The notes below the pieces were generated by a model that was given only the letters and a program-made list of their open reading frames with translations, ran no database searches and was not told the origin of the DNA. DNA of 12,462 nt from an uncultured Gemmatimonadota bacterium (GTDB lineage Bacteria > SM23-81 > DAOVCL01). Location: assembly GCA_964626665.1 (NCBI GenBank), contig CAZVGK010000055.1, positions 1-12,462 of the forward strand, given 5' to 3'. Of the stretch, positions 7,306 to 12,462 are shown one piece after another. The position numbers and the translations under genes were made by a program. The stretch's first letter is position 1; each line of letters opens with the position of its first letter.

Positions 7306-8325
7306 ATGGGGAGATCAGAGCTTTTCGGCAAGGACCTGATCTGCAGTCAGGAATGGTCTCAGGATGAATTGATTAAGGTTTTGGAGCTTGCCGAGGAAAT
7401 GAAGCAGAACAGGTTTAATTACCGACCACTTCTCAAGAACAGGACATTTTTTATGTTCTTTTACAATCCCTCTGTGCGGACAAGGCAATCCTTTGAGTGT
7501 GCGCTCACCGAGTTGGGAGGGCATGCCCAGTTCTTGGAGCCGCAGGCTATGAGGCTAAAGACTCCAACCATCGCCGGGGAGACGGTAGAGGATGCGGCAA
7601 AGGTAATGTCCAGATATGCCTGTGGAATTGGGATAAGGATTTTGGAGGATAAGGTGAGCAGATATGGGGAAGGGGATGAGCTGATCAGGGAATATGTCCG
7701 CTGGGCAGATGTGCCGGTTATCTCTATGGCCCATGACAAGTTCCACCCCTGTCAGGGTCTGGCCGATGTGATGGGTTTAAGAAAACACTTGGGGAAAAAT
7801 CTCAGGGGCAAAAAGCTCCTTTTGACCTGGGGGCACGGTGCTTTGGCTCGCTCCTGGTCTTCGGTCCAGGAAAACCTCCTCATCTCCTCTCGTTTCGGTA
7901 TGGACATAACCCTGGCCTATCCGGAAGGGTATAACCTTGATCCCCAGGTGGTAGAGATGACCCGGGGGAATTGTCAGGCCAATGGGAGTAGGTTCGAGTT
8001 TACCCATAGCCCGCTTGCGGGTTATCAAAGGGCAGATGTCGTCTATTCCAGAAACTGGATGAGCCCTAATGCCTATAAGGGCGGTAGGTTTCACAAGGAA
8101 GAGGAGATAAAGAGGGCAATGGCACACAGAGAATGGGTGTGTGACTCCGAAAAGATGAAACTAACCAACAACGCCCTTTTCATCCATCCTATGCCAGTTG
8201 ATAGGGGCCATGAGGTCACCGATGAAGTCGCCTCCGGAGAGAGATCGATAATATACGAGATCGCTGAGGACAGGCTGCATATCCAAAAGGCGGTTCTGGC
8301 CCTCCTGGCCAGCGATCTCTGGTAA
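7306..8325 (+). CDS. Second divergent carbamoyltransferase (ATCase/OTCase superfamily), substrate unknown
   Basis: SVRT, HPCQ, HPMPVDRG, AEDRLHIQKA; acceptor loop TWGHGALARSWSSVQE and VYSRNW differ from OTCase, ATCase and the first paralogue. SD GGAGG upstream; TTG 7303 is an alternative start. Confidence 0.9.
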   Translation: MGRSELFGKDLICSQEWSQDELIKVLELAEEMKQNRFNYRPLLKNRTFFMFFYNPSVRTRQSFECALTELGGHAQFLEPQAMRLKTPTIAGETVEDAAKVMSRYACGIGIRILEDKVSRYGEGDELIREYVRWADVPVISMAHDKFHPCQGLADVMGLRKHLGKNLRGKKLLLTWGHGALARSWSSVQENLLISSRFGMDITLAYPEGYNLDPQVVEMTRGNCQANGSRFEFTHSPLAGYQRADVVYSRNWMSPNAYKGGRFHKEEEIKRAMAHREWVCDSEKMKLTNNALFIHPMPVDRGHEVTDEVASGERSIIYEIAEDRLHIQKAVLALLASDLW

Positions 8326-8335
8326 AGGGGGATGA

Positions 8336-9274
8336 ATGGCTAAGGTCGCTGTAGTGGCTATTGGGGGGAATTCCTTAATCAAGGACAGGGAACACCAGAC
8401 AGTTAAGGATCAGTATGAGGCCATTGAGGAGACCTCCCACCACATTGCCAAATTGGTTGAGATGGGATACGAAACGGTAATTATCCATGGTAACGGCCCC
8501 CAGGTGGGTTTTATCCTCCTCAGATCTGAGTTGGCCAAGCGGAAGATTCATCCGGTGCCCATAGACTCCGCTGATGCGGACACCCAGGGGGCAATAGGCT
8601 ACAATATCCAGATGGCCTTAGGAAATGAGTTCAAATTTAGGGGTATAGAGAAGGGGGTGGTCACGGTAGTCACCCAGATTGTGGTGGACAAGGATGATCC
8701 GGCGTTTGCCAACCCTACAAAGCCCATTGGTCCGTTTTACAACAGGGAAGAAGCGGAGAAGGGGAGGGGTGAATATGGGTGGAGCATAATAGAGGATGCC
8801 GGAAGGGGTTATCGCCGGGTAGTCCCCTCGCCCATTCCTAAAAGGATTGTGGAACTGGATGCCATAAAGGCATTGATCAAAGGGGGATTTGTTGTGGTGG
8901 CTGCGGGTGGGGGGGGGATTCCCGTAATGGAGGATAAGGGCAAGTTAATTGGGGTAGAGGCGGTTATAGACAAGGATTATGCTTCATCGCTTTTAGCCAG
9001 GAGGATAAAGGCCGAGCTTTTTCTCATCTCCACTTCCGTGGAGAAGGTCTATCTCAATTTTAATGCCCCTGACCAGAAGCCAATTGATTTAATGAGGGTG
9101 GGGGAGGCGGAGGAATACCTCTCTCAGGGACATTTTGCTGAGGGAAGTATGGCTCCCAAGATTAAGGCAGCCATCTCCTTCTTAAAGGGCGGCGGCCAGG
9201 AGGCGATAATCACCACCCCGGAGAGGATAGAGGAGGCCATCAAAGGGGTGACGGGGACAAAGATCGTGCCTTAG
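8336..9274 (+). CDS. arcC: Carbamate kinase
   Basis: VAIGGN, HGNGPQVG, TQGAIGY, PTKPIGPF, EDAGRGYRRVVPSP, VEAVIDKD, GSMAPK. Confidence 0.97.
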   Translation: MAKVAVVAIGGNSLIKDREHQTVKDQYEAIEETSHHIAKLVEMGYETVIIHGNGPQVGFILLRSELAKRKIHPVPIDSADADTQGAIGYNIQMALGNEFKFRGIEKGVVTVVTQIVVDKDDPAFANPTKPIGPFYNREEAEKGRGEYGWSIIEDAGRGYRRVVPSPIPKRIVELDAIKALIKGGFVVVAAGGGGIPVMEDKGKLIGVEAVIDKDYASSLLARRIKAELFLISTSVEKVYLNFNAPDQKPIDLMRVGEAEEYLSQGHFAEGSMAPKIKAAISFLKGGGQEAIITTPERIEEAIKGVTGTKIVP

Positions 9275-9307
9275 CAGTTTGGACGCAGAAGGAATACAAA
9301 GAGATAA

Positions 9308-9414
9308 AAAGCACGAAAGGGCGAAAAGCGGAAAATGGAGAAAATTAAAAAGCGGAAAGACGAAAGCCACTAGCTGGCCGCTGAAAGCTGAGTGCTGACG
9401 GCTGAAAACTGACT
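9308..9414 (+). repeat. Degenerate octamer array followed by GCTGANN heptamer array
   Basis: AAAGCACG AAAGGGCG AAAAGCGG AAAATGGA GAAAATTA AAAAGCGG (9308-9355); GCTGGCC GCTGAAA GCTGAGT GCTGACG GCTGAAA ACTGACT (9373-9414). Confidence 0.8.
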
Positions 9415-9460
9415 GGTCACCACGGATAACCACGGAACAACATAGTCCGGAGAAGTAATT

Positions 9461-9497
9461 CTCCCTCCCCTTGCGGGAGGGAGTTAGAGGGAGGGGG
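9461..9497. repeat. C/G-rich REP-like palindrome (CTCCCTCCC-cttgc-GGGAGGGAG ttaGAGGGAGGGGG)
   Basis: Perfect 9-bp stem plus G-rich tail; related units at 12102-12194. Confidence 0.8.
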
Positions 9498-9589
9498 ATT
9501 CACCACGGGCTACCACGGAAAAAGATTTTTTGTGCTGTCAGGGCTCCTGCCCTGACAGTAGAGAAAATCCGTGCGATTCCGTGGTGAAT
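9498..9589. repeat. CACCACGG-type palindromic element containing REP-like hairpin copy 2 (9531-9558)
   Basis: Terminal ATTCACCACGG / CCGTGGTGAAT perfect 11-bp inverted repeat, inner CACGGA/TCCGTG; half copies at 9418-9437 and 7263-7286. Confidence 0.8.
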
Positions 9590-9659
9590 TGTTGCAGATA
9601 GTTTCTCTAAATCCTAAGAATCTCCATTCAATAGGGTTCCTCCAAAGGGGGCTAAGCTT

Positions 9660-11027
9660 ATGGATCTGGTAATTAAAAATGGGACCTTGGTTACGCCAGG
9701 CCAAACACTCCAGAGGGATATAGGCATTGAGGGTGGCAAGATAGTAAAGGTCGCTCAGACCATCCCCGCGGGAGCGAGATCAATAGATGCCTCTAATAAA
9801 TTGATTTTGCCGGGAATTATCGATGCCCATACCCATATGGAAACCCCGGTAAAAGGGGTTACTTCTTCAGATGACTTCTCCACAGGCACCAGGGCCGCAA
9901 CAGCCGGTGGGGTGACAACTATTATCGACTTCACCATCCAGGCCCGAGGTCAGTCCTTAAGGGAAGCCATCGAGGCAAGAAGAAAGCAAGCAGATGGAAG
10001 GGTCTACATAGATTATGCCCTTCACTGTAACCTAACGGATTTTCAGGTCAATTACCTTGAGGAGATACCAGAGATAATTGCCTCAGGCATCCCTAGCTTC
10101 AAAGTCTTTATGGCTTACAGAAATGAAGGGATTATGGTCAGCAATGAGGATCTGAAGATGCTGTTGGAAGCCACCGCAAAATATGGCGGCATTGTCCAGA
10201 TCCATGCGGAGAGCGGTTTTCTCCTCGATTATTTGGTGGAGGAGGCCTCTCAAAAGGGCAATACTTCTCCAGTATTTCATGCTAAGACCAGACCCAACTA
10301 TGTGGAGGAGGAGGCAGTGGTTAGGGCCATCTCCCTGGCAGGGGAGGCAGGGGGTAGTTTATATCTCGTGCATCTATCGACCAAGGAGTCTGTGGATGCA
10401 GTTAGATGGGGTAAAAAGAGGGGTGTTAAACTGTTTGCCGAGACCTGTCCCCAGTATCTTGTTTTGGATAAAGCCCTATACGAAGGGAGTGATGGAAGAT
10501 ATTATATCACCAGCCCTCCTCTACGGGGTGCCAAGGATAGGGAGGCCCTTTGGCAGGGGATAAAAGAGGGGATAATAGGAGTTGTAGGTACAGACCACTG
10601 TCCCTTTGCGCGGACCCAGAAAGATAGTGGGAAGGATATATTCTTTAAGACACCAAACGGCCTTCCTGGGGTCGAGACCCTCCTTCCCATTATGTATTCT
10701 GAAGGGGTGGTGAAAAGGGGGCTATCACCAAATCTACTTGTGGAGCTTTTGGCCTACAATCCTGCCAGGATCTTTGGATTATATCCGCGCAAGGGAGCAA
10801 TTGAAGAGGGCAGCGATGCAGATCTGGTGATTTTTAATCCGGAAAGAGAGCTCAAGATACAGGCTAATGAACTACATATGAACACCGACTTCTCCCCCTA
10901 TGAGGGCCTAACCATCAAGGGTGTTCCGGAGATAACCATATCAAGGGGGGAAATCATCTATGAACGAGGTAACTTCCCCGCCAGCCCAGGAAGGGGTAAG
11001 TTCATCCCAGCTACCCCGACTCATTGA
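9660..11027 (+). CDS. hydA: Dihydropyrimidinase / D-hydantoinase (cyclic amidohydrolase)
   Basis: PGIIDAHTH, GGVTTIIDF, FKVFMAY (carboxylated Lys), IHAES, VHLST, ETCPQYL, SPPLR, TDHCPF, PNGLPGVE, GSDADLVIF. Confidence 0.93.
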   Translation: MDLVIKNGTLVTPGQTLQRDIGIEGGKIVKVAQTIPAGARSIDASNKLILPGIIDAHTHMETPVKGVTSSDDFSTGTRAATAGGVTTIIDFTIQARGQSLREAIEARRKQADGRVYIDYALHCNLTDFQVNYLEEIPEIIASGIPSFKVFMAYRNEGIMVSNEDLKMLLEATAKYGGIVQIHAESGFLLDYLVEEASQKGNTSPVFHAKTRPNYVEEEAVVRAISLAGEAGGSLYLVHLSTKESVDAVRWGKKRGVKLFAETCPQYLVLDKALYEGSDGRYYITSPPLRGAKDREALWQGIKEGIIGVVGTDHCPFARTQKDSGKDIFFKTPNGLPGVETLLPIMYSEGVVKRGLSPNLLVELLAYNPARIFGLYPRKGAIEEGSDADLVIFNPERELKIQANELHMNTDFSPYEGLTIKGVPEITISRGEIIYERGNFPASPGRGKFIPATPTH

Positions 11028-11140
11028 GGATGTTGTTGAATTGGTTGAATTATCCCTCCGTTATCTGCTTGATCGCCTTTATGGGCATAGCCCGTCATTA
11101 ATGACCGACCAGGATCTGATTATCAAGCCCACAAAGTTTA

Positions 11141-11163
11141 GGTCGCATAAATGCGACCCCTAC
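11141..11163 (-). repeat. GTAG-type REP (GTAGG-GGTCGCAT-tt-ATGCGACC)
   Basis: On the minus strand, GTAG tetranucleotide followed by a perfect 8-bp palindrome, 114 nt after the hydA stop. Confidence 0.75.
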
Positions 11164-11516
11164 ATATTGCCCAGGCTCTTCCTGCAAAACTTGCGAAATT
11201 CAGACTAATGGATTGTCTTCCTAATTTGGGTTCAGCTTTCCCTGTCAGATTATTCAACCCAGTCAAGAATATCCACCAAAAATTATCGAAATCAATAGGT
11301 ACATAACCGGAATTCAGCTCTACCATGTGCTTAACGCCGCACGCTTTCAGCCGGCGGTTGTTTTGATGTAAATATAATTCTCATCCCAACTTATGTCGCC
11401 CACATTATCGTTTGCATTACTGCTATCGATGGGTGTGTAGCTGATCCGTAAGCGCAGTTGGTCTCGTCCAAATACCTACGTTGCCGTTTTTGAACTTAAT
11501 GCCCTTCGGGCGGACT

Positions 11517-11583
11517 TTTCTGACAGGATAACAGGATTTACATGATTTTTTTTATCCCGTTTATCCTGTCAATCCTGTCTAAA
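11517..11583. repeat. ACAGGAT-type imperfect palindromic element, copy 2 (inverted relative to 7075-7140)
   Basis: 11560-11580 is the reverse complement of 7085-7105; 11526-11542 is the reverse complement of 7115-7131. Confidence 0.85.
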
Positions 11584-11640
11584 AATGGCGGTTTGACCTT
11601 ATTATTGCTTTAATAATTCGAAAGCACAGGAAATTCCTTT

Positions 11641-11712
11641 TTTGGACGCAGATGAACGCAGTTTGTCAGAATTTTAACTTTCTGCGGTTATCGGCGAAAA
11701 TCTGCGGCCTAA
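11641..11712. repeat. GGACGCAGAT-type imperfect palindromic element
   Basis: TTGGACGCAGATGAACGCAG ... CTGCGGTTATCGGCGAAAATCTGCGGCCTAA; fragments at 9278-9289 (TTTGGACGCAGA, exact) and 12205-12235 (right arm). Confidence 0.7.
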
Positions 11713-11878
11713 TTAGTGTCTGTCCGGAATTCCGGTTTTGAGGGAGATGTCATTGCGAGGAGTGAGGAATGAACGACGAAGCAATCCCTTTATTTCCAGG
11801 AGATTGCTTCGCTCCTTTGGGTCGCTCGCAATGACGGAAATATTTCAATTTTGGTAGTTTTCGGACAGACACTAATTA
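11710..11878. mobile_element. MITE-like element with an internal RPE-like palindrome
   Basis: Perfect 17-bp terminal inverted repeat TAATTAGTGTCTGTCCG / CGGACAGACACTAATTA; internal stems GTCATTGCGAG/CTCGCAATGAC (11749-11759, 11825-11835) and CGAAGCAATC/GATTGCTTCG (11777-11786, 11802-11811); no transposase. Confidence 0.75.
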
Positions 11879-12033
11879 TACCAGGGGGAGGGTCTACCTA
11901 ATTTAACTTATTCATAAATCCTCGAGGGCTTTATGTAAGCTCCTGTCACCTTGAAAGCATAGGAATTCCCATTTTTTCTCTTTGACTATCAAAGAGTTAC
12001 AAGAGGGCTTAGGGTTACTGGGCCAAAATTCCC

Positions 12034-12086
12034 GCTGCCGCAGACTTTAGTTTGCGCTATATCGCCACCTACGAGAGAACAACTAC
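12034..12086 (+). repeat. Degenerate REP doublet
   Basis: GCTGC-CGCAGAC-ttta-GTTTGCG hairpin, followed by a decayed partner ending in CTAC. Confidence 0.4.
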
Positions 12087-12101
12087 CGTTGTAATATATA
12101 G

Positions 12102-12194
12102 TTCCCTCTCCCTTAGAGAAAGAGGGACAGAGTGAGGGGGGAATAGACAAAGTCTTCACCCTCTCCTTAGTCCTCCCCCATCAAGGGGGAGGAA
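12102..12194. repeat. Inverted doublet of C/G-rich REP-like palindromes
   Basis: TCCCTCT...AGAGGGA cagaGTGAGGGGG, spacer, then CACCCTCTCCttag TCCTCCCCC-atcaa-GGGGGAGGA; same family as 9461-9497. Confidence 0.75.
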
Positions 12195-12251
12195 AGAATT
12201 TAGGAATCCCGTTTATCTGCATTTACCTGCGTCCCATATAGCTCGCTCGCC

Positions 12252-12368
12252 CGGTAATTTCACAAATTACACCTCTATTTCCATGGCGCCGAGTTCTTTG
12301 GCAGATACAGTAACTTCTTCGTCCAATACTGAGAGACATCCCCTTATCGCGTCCTTAATGTTCTCTAT
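12252..12368 (-). pseudogene. hicB: hicB antitoxin C-terminal remnant plus the possible first codons of hicA
   Basis: Minus strand 12368-12267 reads IENIKDAIRGCLSVLDEEVTVSAKELGAMEIEV*, matching the HicB 'EA(L/I)ENIKDAI' helix. It is preceded by an in-frame TGA and followed by SD GAGGTG and GTG-K-L-P, a typical HicA start. Confidence 0.7.
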
Positions 12369-12462
12369 TCAGGGATTCCACCTTCTGGAAATAAATTAAA
12401 CATTGAGAATGCTAAGATGGTGGCTTCTCTACCTCTATTGTTATCTTTTGATTTGTGGGTGT

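Noticed and set aside
5986-9274. Arginine deiminase (arcABC) or argF assignment
   Set aside because: No arcA or arcD in the window, and both transcarbamylases lack the ornithine-binding DxxxSMG motif.
9308-9414. CRISPR array
   Set aside because: Units are 7-8 nt tandem repeats without spacers; no cas genes.
9582-9596. TGGTGAATTGTTGCA as a sigma-54 promoter for hydA
   Set aside because: GG-to-GC spacing is 9, not the required 10, and it overlaps a repeat end.
1273-10690. Numerous minus-strand and alternate-frame ORFs of 60-167 aa
   Set aside because: They are shadows of well-supported + strand genes or run through repeats, with no recognisable motifs.
11138-11326. 62-aa minus-strand ORF as a real gene
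   Set aside because: No SD or recognisable family, and it ends within a REP; kept only as part of the weak attC observation.
11501-11521. GCCC-TTC-GGGC hairpin with a T-run as a terminator
   Set aside because: Only a 4-bp stem, separated from the T-run and far from the hydA stop.
12412-12462. Minus-strand open frame TPTNQKITIEVEKPPS* entering from the window edge
   Set aside because: Too short to identify or distinguish from chance.

Overview
Bacterial window of moderate GC with all intact genes on the + strand. In order: a 5'-damaged secreted protein with a C-terminal 'PNPFNP' (T9SS type A/FlgD-like) sorting domain; purM, overlapping (ATGA) a sigma-54 enhancer-binding protein whose receiver domain is degenerate; then a six-gene cluster of a DUF296/PPC protein, a large fold-type II PLP enzyme, two divergent transcarbamylases (one YgeW-like), carbamate kinase and a dihydropyrimidinase/hydantoinase. 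The cluster resembles, but differs from, the ygeW-ygeX-ygeY-hyuA-yqeA anaerobic purine degradation module: no YgeY-type hydrolase is in the window, and there is a second transcarbamylase. This suggests (inference) a variant pathway that conserves two ureido groups as carbamoyl phosphate and then ATP. The large intergenic gaps and the final ~1.4 kb hold a mosaic of nested palindromic elements, REP-like hairpins, 7/8-mer arrays, a MITE-like element and a hicB-hicA remnant. The sorting domain suggests an FCB-related lineage (inference only).
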